NCBI GenBank assembly: GCA_026025075.1 | Contig: JAPEUI010000042.1 | Location: forward strand, 108,821 to 128,820 | Direction of reading: 5' to 3' | DNA: 20,000 nt | Source: Vezdaea acicularis | Lineage: Eukaryota | Shown: positions 10,726 to 20,000 of the stretch, one piece after another | Numbering within the stretch: the stretch's first letter is position 1 | Layout of the letters: every line of letters starts with the position of its first letter | Notes under the pieces: generated by a model | The model's database searches: none | Told to the model about the DNA's origin: nothing | The model's input: the letters and a program-made list of their open reading frames with translations, nothing else | Position numbers and translations under genes: made by a program

Positions 10726-11103
10726 TGTAAGGACGGGCACGATAGCTGCCCCTGATTCTGAGAGCGTGGTAGGCCGGCGCCGTCTGCGGCCCGCCTGCGA
10801 TGTCACTGCGTATTTAATAGGCTATGGGGGTAGGCGGGCCACCGGCGATAGCTAGCAATGTCACAGGGCTATATAGATATAGCGGTATAGTGATATAATG
10901 AATAGATTGCGGTTATATGAATCAATTCCGAGAACTAGCTATAGATCAAGACTATTCGATGCCGCGTCCCTAGCGGACCCGACTCGATATATATATAAGG
11001 GGCGCGCTGACTAAGCGTCCTCTGAGCGCCGCCGGCGTCTAAGCAAGAGCAGCCGTCTAGGGCGCGCCGGCGCGCTCTAGGCGGATGCCGTCGCGTTCTT
11101 ACA
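10726..11103 (-). repeat. 3' LTR of the chromovirus
   Basis: TGTAAGGAC...GTTCTTACA; 8 differences from 18929-19306 by manual comparison, all transitions. Confidence 0.97.
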
Positions 11104-11116
11104 ACTGCCTCCCCCC
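11104..11116 (-). other. Polypurine tract
   Basis: Minus strand GGGGGGAGGCAGT directly abuts the TG of the 3' LTR. Confidence 0.85.
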
Positions 11117-11629
11117 ATACGAAGGCTCGTCCTCGAGCCTTGTTCCGACGTCTTGCCCTTACCCTAAGCTAGGGTCCTTCTAGGAGACATTTCTCCGTCG
11201 TCGGCTCGTCGTCCGCGGCGCTCCACTCTCCTAATTGCAGCGACGAAGTGAGGTGAGATATAGAAGTGAGGTGAGGCGACGTAGTGAGGTGAGTTGAGTG
11301 GCTATCCCTAGCTGATCTCACTGGACAAGGAGTTCTTCTCCTTCTAGTTATCGTTAGCTTACTCTTAGGAATAGATTCATACGCCGTAGGCGTCCTCGTT
11401 GGCCTGCGCCGTCTCTATAAGGCAAGATTCTTCCGCCTATTCAAACCATCCTTCCTACATATACGCTCCCCCACGTCTACGACGTCCTTCTTCTTGCCTT
11501 TGGCCCCGTCCCTTGCCCCCCGCGTCTAGTATACGTGTATCTAATACACGTATACCGTCTTCTTCTCTCCTCTCGGCGTGGCAAGAGCTCGCTCTTGTCA
11601 CTTCTCTTCTTCTCGCCGGCCTAGCAGCC

Positions 11630-13410
11630 ATGCCTGCGGACCATAACGTCTCTCGCCCCGCTGACGCTCAGCCGGCGCATCCCTATCGGCCTTTAAAGGA
11701 GACTGCGAAGATACTGGACCAGGCTGCCTCTCTTGGTGCCGTCGAGGGAGGCAAGAAGCCCTCAAAGAAACGGGCTCCGTCGTCTGCGGCCGCCCCCTGG
11801 GCTCGTTCGAGCAACCATCCGTCTCTTCGCGTCTCCGCTGAGCCTTCTTCTCGTGGTCCTTCTCTTTCGGCTGGTCAAGACACCGTGGTTCCCCCTGTCG
11901 TCGCTGCCTCTCCGTCGGCGGCTCTTGATCCTCCTACTCCCTCTGGTTTTGTTGTCCCGGCGTCCCCTGAGCTTGGCTTGAACTCTTTCGTGGACAGCGT
12001 AATGGATGAGCTGTATCCCGCCGACGAACAGTTGACGACTCTTGCTGCCCTGTCTCCCTCTGGTCCGTCTGCGTCTCTCCCTCAAGGGCAGACCAATGGC
12101 GATGATCTTGTCTCTACGGTTCAGCCTGGCTACTTCGACCCATCCTCGGATCTCTTGCGGCCTTGTTGTAAGCGCTGTGCGAAGCACTACTACGACGATC
12201 TGACTCAGATCTGCGCTCCGCCGGTGGGTTCTAGGTCTCGCTCCTGTACTCGCTGTGTGAATGGTCATAGACAATGCGAAGAGGTAAGATTCTATCTTCT
12301 TCTCCCCCAGAGTCCCGCTGACGGTCCTAGGTTCCCGACTTTCTTGTGCCCTGGCTGCGAGACATCCAGGTCCACGTCGATACTATGAAGAAGGATCACA
12401 GCGTGGCAGAGAGGCTCTTAGGCTGTCTCATGAATCGTTTTGAGAAGGCCTTGCTTGAATATGAAATATTCAACAAGAGAAATCCCCTGGATCAATGTGT
12501 TGGGCTCCTTCGCGACATCCGGGACTTCGCCGCTCAAAGTCTTGCCTTGAAGCGGAAGAAGGTGAGTGCTCCCCCCCTTTGACCCGCTAAGTCTGCGCTG
12601 ACGTCTCTTTCTTCTCGTATAGTTGGGCCTTGTGCCTTATCTGACGCCCCGTGAGCGGGCCATACGCCGTCACCTTACCAACCTGACTTTGACTATTATC
12701 CCCCAGTTCCATGACATGAAGGGTGTCCTTCATGTAGGTCGCGCCCTGTTATGGGACACAAGGTAGGGGGCGTCTGGGCAGGAGGAAGCATCGCCCGGAC
12801 ATAGGGGCTAAAGGGTAGTGGCATCTGGACGCAAGGATAAGGAGCGATTGTATGGCGTCTACTAATAGGGGCAGCGCTTGTACGTCATGCGACTGCCCTA
12901 GGACGGACAGCGCCTGCCGCGACTAGCAGTGCTGTCTTGTCCAGGCAGTCATGACCGGATGCCCTTTGCCCTATATATAGATGAATCCCCTAGCTAGATA
13001 AATAGAACAACTTCTTCATAAACACCGTTTACTGACAGGACGCCCCGTGCCCTGACGTATCGATGCCAGGACGCCCCGTGTCCTGACATGCCCCCCCTCG
13101 CAAGAAGAAGACTGTCGTCCGCGGCAAATGCTTGGAGCTTCCGGATGCCGAAGAAGATGATGGGCCCGCTGTCGCTCCTCCTGCGGTCAAGCGTCGCGCA
13201 AAAAAGGGTTCGGCGGTGCGTCCCGACACCTTCAGTCGCAAGACAGGTTCCGACATTCCCCATGCCCAGCTCCGGAAAGGTAAGGGTAAGGGTAAGGGTA
13301 AGGCCCCGCCAGCGCCACGCCGCCGTGCTGCCAGTCCCGCCTCTCCCGAGGTCAGCCATGGTTCCGCCGATGAGGATGAGGACAAGGCTGGGTGGGGGGA
13401 TAAGGATTAG
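11630..13410 (+). pseudogene. Antisense spliced accessory gene within the retrotransposon; Zn2Cys6-like Cys cluster, basic NLS-like patches; ~441 aa when reconstructed; exon 3 disrupted by a solo LTR
   Basis: Exons 11630-12283, 12331-12561 and 12623-12746+13094-13410. Introns 12284-12330 (GTAAGA..GCTGAC..TAG) and 12562-12622 (GTGAGT..GCTGAC..TAG), both phase 0. Start context gcagccATG; TATAA at 11416-11420; motif CX2CX11CX10CX2CX6C. Confidence 0.8.
12747..13088. mobile_element. Solo LTR, family B (342 bp), nested inside the antisense gene
   Basis: TGTTATGGGAC...GTCCTGACA; TSD cgccc/tgccc (one C>T); near copy of 7308-7651. Confidence 0.92.
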
Positions 13411-13709
13411 GGGTTCGTGGAAGAGTCGCCCGCGGGTAGGTGGTGGGGGTTATAAATTGACACGGATCGACTTGATCGGGGGTGTGCTGGATGGATAGCG
13501 TTGCTGCTTTGGAGCTTTAGCTCATTCTCAAAAACATTGTTTTCTTCTGCTCTTCGGAGCTTTAGCTCCGCCTTAATACGATTGCCTTTCCTCCTGCTCT
13601 TCTTTGTCTTGTCGCCAGTGACGTGTCGATGTCTTGCCTGAAGCTTCTTTGGGCTTGTTGTTGTCCCCTCTTCTTGGGGGATCCCCGCCGTCGTACCTCC
13701 TGCGGTGTG

Positions 13710-16700
13710 TCACCGTTGACGTTGTCTTCTCCTCTCCCTTTCATACGCCTCTAACGCCTCCTTCGCGTTATCCAGGTTGGCTTTAGGCTCCCACGTGTCT
13801 TCCGCCGGTGGGTAGCCTTCCCATCGTACTAGGTATTGCTTATCCCTACCGGATCCTCGCTCAGCGAGGATCTTCTCTACAACCCATTCTTCTTCCCCTT
13901 CCACTAGCTGGGCTGGCTGTCCCTGCGGTGCTCTGGCGGAGCCCTGGTAGGGCTCTAGGCAGGAGACGTGAAACACCGGGTGGATAGCCTTGTATGATGT
14001 TGGCAGCTTCAGTCGGTAGGCTTGCTTGCCTATGATTGCTTCTACCTCGAACGGCCCTAGCCAGCGGTGGTCCAGCTTCTTGTTGGGACGTCTTGTCTTT
14101 ATGTTTCGTGCCAATGGTAGGACGAGTTGTCCTATAGAGAACTCTTGTGGCTTATGGCGAGCGTTGTAGTAGGTCGCCTGCGCCTCTTTGGCGGCCTTCC
14201 ATTGGGCCGCCATCTCCCCCCTGATCTCTATGAGCCTCTCAATTCTCTCGCGTGCTGCCGGCGCCTCCCCCTTAGGGGCATCGTCCTCGATGTCCTGTGG
14301 TGCCAGTGGTAGGTATCCCATCAGGGCCTTGAACGGCGTCTCGCCCGTGGCTGAGTGCTTACTTCTATGTAGGCAAACTCTGCTGTGGCTAGAAGCGATA
14401 CCCAGTCATCCTGGTGGTAGTTGGCGTAACATTGCAAGTATTGCTCCAGCGTCTGGTTCTGTCTTTCCGTCTGGCCATCTGTCTGCGGATGGAATGCGGT
14501 GCTCAGCCGTCGTTTTACCTTCAGGTGGTAGTATAGGGTAGACCAGTATTGGCTGGTGAAGATGCTCCCTCTGTCCGTGACGATTGACGCAGGTGTGCCG
14601 TAGGTTCTGATTACCTTTTCAAAGATAATGTCAGCAAGGCCTATCGCGTCAAGAGTCTTACAGATAGGGATATATTTAGCCATCTTTGTATAGCGATCGA
14701 CTATCACAAGGATAGCGTCGTAAGCCCTTGGTCCCCCTTCGCCATCCGCTGCTTTGCCTGCGGGGGCTAGGCTGGGGGGCAGTCCCGTGATAAGATCCAT
14801 GGTGATCGATTCCCATGGCTCACTGGGTGGGGGCAACGCTTGCATCTCCCCGTAGGGCTTATGCCGTGGTGCCTTGGTTCGTTGACATATGTCACATTTG
14901 CGGACATAGTCGGCGACCTCCTTTCTGAGGGTCTGCCAATAGTATTTTCGACTAAGTAGAGCCGTTGTCCTGGCGGCTCCAAAGTGCCCCGCGTACGGGT
15001 TGTCGTGGTAGACCTTCATGATCTCTGCCTTTAGGGCTGCGTCTTTTGGTACGTATACCTTACCCTCAAATCGCAGTAGTCCCCTGTTGTCTACACGCCA
15101 CTTTTCAGGGTGCGATCCGGCTACGGTTTCCTCGCCATCTCTCAAGCTCTTCTTGATGTCTGCAGTCAGGGTGTCCCTGCGCTGCGTCTGTGATATCAGC
15201 TCGAGCAGGAAGGGGCTCGGGTCCCCATATGCCGTTTCAGTCCTGGCAGCAGTCACTGCCATAAACCGTGGTACGAGATGCGTCGGCGCACCAGTAACAG
15301 CCATCCGTATTCCCGGATGGCCTATCGAGATGGAGTCCCCGTCATGGGGGCTTCCACTTCTCTCCTCTGCGTCAGGGTTGCGGCCCTTCGGCGACTGGGG
15401 TGCGGCCCAGTCCTTAGTAGTGACTGCTACCGTGAGTTCTGATTGTCTTGGGTCAATGTCCATAGGGTCCCCCCTTAGGTGTTGCCTTTCATTATCCTGC
15501 TGATCCCGCAGGTTGTTCACAACACTCTCAGCAAGAGAGATTTCAAATTGGTACGTTGTACTGTCGGTGGTAGTCCCACGTACAATGCGTACGTAGGCCT
15601 CGATACCATCCTCGGCCTCAGCCAGATAGGCTAGTTTCCTTTGTAGGGTGGGTAGCATTGACGCTCCCAATTCCTTGTCTTCTACCCCGTAGTCGGGTCT
15701 TCTGCTAGGCCCACCGGCGGGGTTGTTCTTGCCCGGCCGATATTCAATTTCAAAGTCGTAGGCGGCCAGCATCTCGGCCCACCGGCCCTGCCGGTTGTTG
15801 AGCGACTTCGTGCTCATGAAGTATTTCAGATTGTTGTGGTCCGTCAGGACCCTGATCGTATGGAGGCTACCTTCTAAGTAGTGTCTCCAATGCTTAAATG
15901 CCTTGACTATGGCAAGGAGTTTGGCGTCGTGCGTTTCGTAGCGAGTCTCTGCGTCCTCCATCTTTTTCGACCAGAAGGCGACTGGATGCCAGTGGCGCTG
16001 CGTGCTATCCACTGGCGTGCCGTCCGCGGGCTAGGAGAGGATTTCCGCAATGGCAAAGCCGGAGGCGTCTGTTTCTACAAGGATCCTCTTCTTGGGGTCG
16101 AAGTGTTGTAGCACAGGGGCGGTAGTAAACGCCGTCTTCAGTTCTTCGAAGGACCGCAGCCCCTGAGCCGTCATTTCAAAAGGGCCGGTCTTCCTCCCGT
16201 TCTTGCTCCCCCGCAGCATCGTCGTGAGGCCGCTCGCGACCTTCGCATAGCCCTTCACAAATCGTCTGTAGAAGTTGGCAAAGCCTAGGAAAACCTGCAG
16301 CTCCCTGAAGCTCTTAGGAACGGGCCAGCTCCGGATAGACTCGACTCGGTCCTCTTCCATAGAGACGCCCGTAGGTGATACGACGTATCCCAGGAAGCCA
16401 ACCTTAGTCGTATGGAACTCGCACTTGGACAGCTTTGCAAATAAACTATATTTGCGCAGCCTGTAGAGCACGCTGGCGACGTCCTGGTGGTGCTGCTGGA
16501 GGTCGGTCGAATACACCAGTATATTGTCCATATAGACGACACAGCAGACGTCCAGAAGGTCCGACAGCGCCTCATTGATGTACGCTTGGAATGTCGCTGG
16601 AACATTCGCTAGGCCGAAGGGCATGACCTGGTATTCCCAGTATTCATACCGTGTGCGGAACGCCGTCTTCCACTCGTCTCCCTCCTTGATCCGTATCCTA

Positions 16701-17662
16701 TGGTATGCGTCTCGGAGGTCCAGTTTGGTGAATATCGTCGCCCCCGACAATCGGTCCAGGGTTTCGCTGATAAGGGGTAAGGGGTGTTGGTTTTTTACCG
16801 TCATCTTGTTCAACCTCCTGTAGTCGACGCAGAGCCGCAGGCTACCGTCCTTCTTTGAGACAAAGAGTATTGGAGCTCCAGCAGGGCTAGTGGATCTCCT
16901 AATCCACCCCTTTGCCTCTGCGTCCTGGAGGTAATCCCGTAGGACTTCTAGTTTCCTCTCGGAGAGGTTGTAGACGGGCATCCATGGTGGATCCCTCTGC
17001 GTTACGATGGCGTGTTTTTGGGCGTGGTGGAGGGGCAGCTCACCAGCCGCCCGCTCAGAGAAGACGTCTTCGTATTCTTCATACTCTTTGGGGACTCCTT
17101 CCCCTGCTTTCACGTTTCTCAGGCGCGCCCCCTGGGGGTTTGTCCATTCCCTCTGAAAGACAGCGTACGCTCGATCTCCTCGAGCTACCCGTACTGCCAG
17201 GGATTCTGGGCTGATGAGTTGGACCGACCCGGATCCGTTGGCGTACCGCCATGTGCCCCCCTACCAGTCGATCTTGGGATTGGCGTGCTCTAGCCATGGG
17301 TATCCTAGTATAAGCTCGTATTCCTCAATGTTGGAGGCCCAGAAGGTCTGTGTAGTCGTCCTCTTGGTTCCGTTCTTGTCGGTGACTCTGATCTCCACCT
17401 GAGGTTTGCCGTATACGGGGACTTTTGTTCCGTCGACTCCTTTTGCAGTCGTAGGGGGTTCGTTGGGGGTGTCCCATCCTGCCTCCTTGACCAGGAGCTG
17501 GGATGCAAGGTTCATTTCTGCCCCTGAGTTGATGAGGGCGGTTACCGTCTGCCACCCCTTTGCGGTCTTAACGTCTGCGTAGGTGGTGAGCTTTGATCTC
17601 ATGCCTCGTGTTCCTAGGCTCAGCGCGTTTGAGGCACTTGCTACTGAGCCCCCTTGTTTTTT
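13710..17662 (-). pseudogene. pol: pol polyprotein (protease, RT, RNase H, integrase, GPF, chromodomain), disrupted
   Basis: ALINSGA (protease, D>N), LRLCVDYR, LDLRDAYHRIRI, YMDN (YxDD>N), ETDASG, HDAKLLAIV, HHCC, ITMD/TDRGS/QTERQNQ, WLGPF, YLVRWEGYPPAEDTWEP. In-frame TAG stops at 17261-17263 and 16031-16033, and a 1-bp deletion near 14368. Confidence 0.95.
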
Positions 17663-17665
17663 GGG
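17602..17665 (-). promoter_or_regulatory. Predicted -1 ribosomal frameshift signal (slippery A AAA AAC plus stem/pseudoknot) at the gag-pol junction
   Basis: Minus strand CCC AAAAAAC AAGGG GGCTCAG TAGCAAG TGCCTC AAACGCG CTGAGCC TAGGAACAC GAGGCA; pol frame is -1 relative to gag. Confidence 0.8.
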
Positions 17666-18798
17666 CTGGATTCTCGTGGTCTGGTTGAACACTTGGGCGC
17701 GTAGTGTCCCTTCTTATTGCACAAGTAGCAGACCACATCCCTAAGGGGTCTGCGAGTCGTAGGTGGTCTTTTGGGTCCCCGTGGGGGACCTGCAGCTATG
17801 GGTCTCCCCTCTGGCAGCCCTCTCTGAGGCAAACCCTTGTTGAAACGGGGGCGTAGGCGGTCCTGAAGACCCTCTCTTGGTTTATACTTGTCGGCCTTTG
17901 CTTTCATATTCTCCTCAAACCGGCTCAGCCGCCTAATCAGTTCTGGCCTGTCGGTCATCGGAGACGGATACTCTGTGACCTTCTCGCGCAGTTCTGGTCG
18001 CACTTTTGCAAGGAGATGCTGCATCCTCTGTTTCTCGGTGTAGGATTTTAGTTTGCTCTCCAGCTGATCCATGTATGCTACAAACGACTGGACCGTCTGC
18101 GTAGCGCCCTGCTTTGCTTCTTCATACTTGAGAATCAAGGAGTGATATCGATTAGCTGGGCTCTGTATGAGGTCTAGTAGGAACGTCGCAAACTGGTCCC
18201 AGCTATACAACTTGCCGTCTTCGAACCGTAGGCATCGATTCCATGCGTCTCCTGCTTCACCCTTCATCGCCTTCGAGGCGTATGTGATGCGTACAAAGTC
18301 AGATCTGAAAGTCTTTGGATCTAGGTCGAATATTTGGTTGCACTCCCGGATGAAGTCCGTATGTTGACGCATAGTCTTTCCTAGATATTCAAGGGGCTTT
18401 GAGGGCGCCTTGACGTTAGTTTCTGCGTACTCGTCAACGTTTCTCCGCCGTCTCTTTGACGAGCTCGAGGCAGCGTCGTCGTCGTCTTCCGTATAGCTGG
18501 CGTCATCCTCAATGACCCCCCTGCGATACGCTCTGTCCGCCGCAGCTATGGCGGCTTTCTTTCTTTCCAGAGCGTCGAGGACCCTCTGTCTTTCTAGTAG
18601 AGCGTCTTGGCGCCTTATCTCTTCGATATCGTCTTATATCTCTTGATAGGTTAGCTGCTGGGGGTCAACGCTCCCCTGCCTCTGGCCTCAAGGGTTCCTC
18701 CTTTTGCGCCGTCGCCGCTCTGACGACGGAGCGATGGGGTCGTCCGAGCCTGATGACCCTCTGTCTTCAGGGGGTTGGTTGATCGGCTCGTCTCTCAT
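17641..18798 (-). pseudogene. gag: gag (capsid-like domain plus CCHC zinc knuckle), two premature stops
   Basis: ORFs 18688..18873 and 17641..18372 are in the same frame, separated by TGA (18688-18690) and TAA (18634-18636). Likely start caccATG at 18798; knuckle CYLCNKKGHYAPKC. Confidence 0.9.
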
Positions 18799-18916
18799 GG
18801 TGCTGTTGCTTCTATTGGTTGTCTCCATTGTAAGAGGTGATCTCGACGTTCGTGTGCCCCTGCGTGTTTTCATCTGATGTCCGTCGGCGGCTACCGGGCT
18901 CTCTCCCTGAGGGTAG

Positions 18917-18925
18917 ATCGAATAG
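18917..18925 (-). other. Primer-binding site of self-priming type
   Basis: Minus strand CTATTCGAT, 3 nt from the 5' LTR, is complementary to minus-strand ATCGAATAG in the LTR (19163-19155). Confidence 0.75.
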
Positions 18926-18928
18926 AAT

Positions 18929-19306
18929 TGTAAGGACGGGCACGATAGCTGCCCCTGATTCTGAGAGCGTGGTAGACCGGCGCCGTCTGCGGCCTGCCTG
19001 CGGTGTCACTGCGTGTTTAATAGGCTATGGGGGTAGGCGGGCCACCGGCAATAGCTAGCAATGTCACAGGGCTATATAGATATAGCGGTATAGTGATATA
19101 ATGAATAGATTGCGGTTATATGAATCAATTCCGAGAACTAGCTATAGATCAAGACTATTCGATGCCGCGTCCCTAGCGGACCCGACTCGATATATATATA
19201 AAGGGCGCGCTGACTAAGCGTCCTCTGAGCGCCGCCGGCGTCTAAGCGAGAGCAGCCGTCTAGGGCGCGCCGGCGCGCTCTAGGCGGATGCCGTTGCGTT
19301 CTTACA
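18929..19306 (-). repeat. 5' LTR of the chromovirus with TATA-like tract at 19190-19200
   Basis: 378-bp direct repeat of 10726-11103. Confidence 0.97.
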
Positions 19307-19418
19307 ATATATAGCGTATCCCCTTGGATAAAAACAATACAATTCTTTTATCATAAATTTATATCAAAACGCCTCGTCCTTGAAGTGTCTGGACACCTAG
19401 TGCCTTGACAGTGCTTAT

Positions 19419-20000
19419 TGTAATGACTGTATGAGCCCCTAGCTTCTATCAAGTCTTTTGGGATGAATAAGGAGTAAGGAGGCTAGCTTCGTTTCAGCTT
19501 TGCTTCTACTTCGCCTAGCTTCCTAGCACCTAGCATAAGGCCAGGTGGTTCTTAGATCACCTGACATAGACGAGCGTAGCTATTAGAGCTGCCGCTTCCC
19601 TTAGGATAGCTCTTTAGCAATCAACTCATCTATTCATCTGAATAACTAGTAGGAAGGCATCCTCGCTTTGCTTCGTCTGACCTTTCTCCTATCTTGCCTT
19701 GCCTCGTCTTGCCTCGTCCCAGTACTATCACTGCATCTAGTCTTCGTCTGCAAGTTTTTGAGTCCTTGGGAGTTAGCTCACACGCCTACAGACCCTCGCT
19801 TCCTGACAAAGCACTGGCCTGTCCTTACACTTTGATTGCTCCTCATACTGTACCTGTGTGAGCTATCTTCGTCTCACTATCATGGATCCTTCTTCTCAGC
19901 CTATTATGATCTCACAAGAGCAACTAGAGCATTTTTCAGCGATGTCTCATCAGCTTGAACAGATGCAGCAGGAACTGCAAGCTTTAAGACAACCAACACC
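19419..20000 (+). mobile_element. 5' end of a second LTR retrotransposon (family D): LTR 19419-19829, PBS 19832-19840, start of probable gag
   Basis: 411-bp TGTAATGAC...GTCCTTACA LTR homologous to 7934-8343; no right-hand TSD; PBS TTGATTGCT complementary to AGCAATCAA at 19616-19624. Confidence 0.8.
19882..20000 (+). CDS. Partial ORF, probable gag N-terminus (coiled-coil-like), runs off the window
   Basis: MDPSSQPIMISQEQLEHFSAMSHQLEQMQQELQALRQPT..., starting about 50 bp after the LTR. Confidence 0.6.
   Translation, partial: MDPSSQPIMISQEQLEHFSAMSHQLEQMQQELQALRQPT

Larger units (their letters stand above)
10726..19306 (-). mobile_element. Full-length Ty3/Gypsy chromovirus LTR retrotransposon (8581 bp), inactivated
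   Basis: Two 378-bp LTRs, TSD ATATA (10721-10725, 19307-19311), PBS, PPT, gag with CCHC, and pol in the order PR-RT-RH-IN-chromodomain. Confidence 0.97.
10134..19410. mobile_element. Family C solo LTR (~308 bp: 10134-10181, 10565-10725, 19312-19410) hosting two later insertions
   Basis: TGTTGTAG...CCTTGACA ends with perfect TSD GTGCT (10129-10133, 19411-19415). The joined pieces resemble 5666-5911 plus 6228-6267. Confidence 0.8.

Noticed and set aside
11399..11629. N-terminal extension of the antisense ORF
   Set aside because: TTG start; the region contains the TATAA and a CT-rich leader, typical of promoter and 5' UTR.
12651..12706. Possible third intron (GTGAGC...CTGAC...CAG)
   Set aside because: Splicing it gives an immediate stop (..TPLP*), whereas retention keeps the frame open to 13410. 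Not adopted, but it cannot be excluded as an alternative isoform without RNA data.
13279..13302. (GGTAAG)4 telomere-like repeat
   Set aside because: Not TTAGGG; it encodes GKGKGKGK in the accessory-gene frame.
11630..13410. env-like third ORF
   Set aside because: Antisense to gag/pol and spliced, with no signal peptide or transmembrane segment.
14127..18367. Short plus-strand ORFs opposite gag/pol
   Set aside because: Shadow ORFs of GC-rich coding sequence.

Overview
Eukaryotic (filamentous ascomycete-like) DNA. The left ~4.4 kb holds two intronless, head-to-head genes: an ankyrin-repeat protein (- strand) whose C-terminal ~8.5 repeats are near-identical 99-bp DNA units, and a signal-peptide/multi-pass membrane protein of unknown function (+ strand). 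A TA-flanked MITE follows, then a ~14 kb transposon nest with at least 13 LTR insertions from about 5 families, most with readable 5-bp target-site duplications and nested up to four deep. The nest contains a full-length but mutationally inactivated 8.6 kb Ty3/Gypsy chromovirus (10726-19306, - strand; gag, -1 frameshift, PR-RT-RH-IN-chromodomain, self-priming PBS) and the 5' end of a second element. The main surprise is an extra antisense, two-intron gene inside the chromovirus, between pol and the 3' LTR. Once a nested solo LTR is removed, it reconstructs to an open ~441-aa basic protein with a Zn2Cys6-like Cys cluster. All alignments and counts were done by eye.
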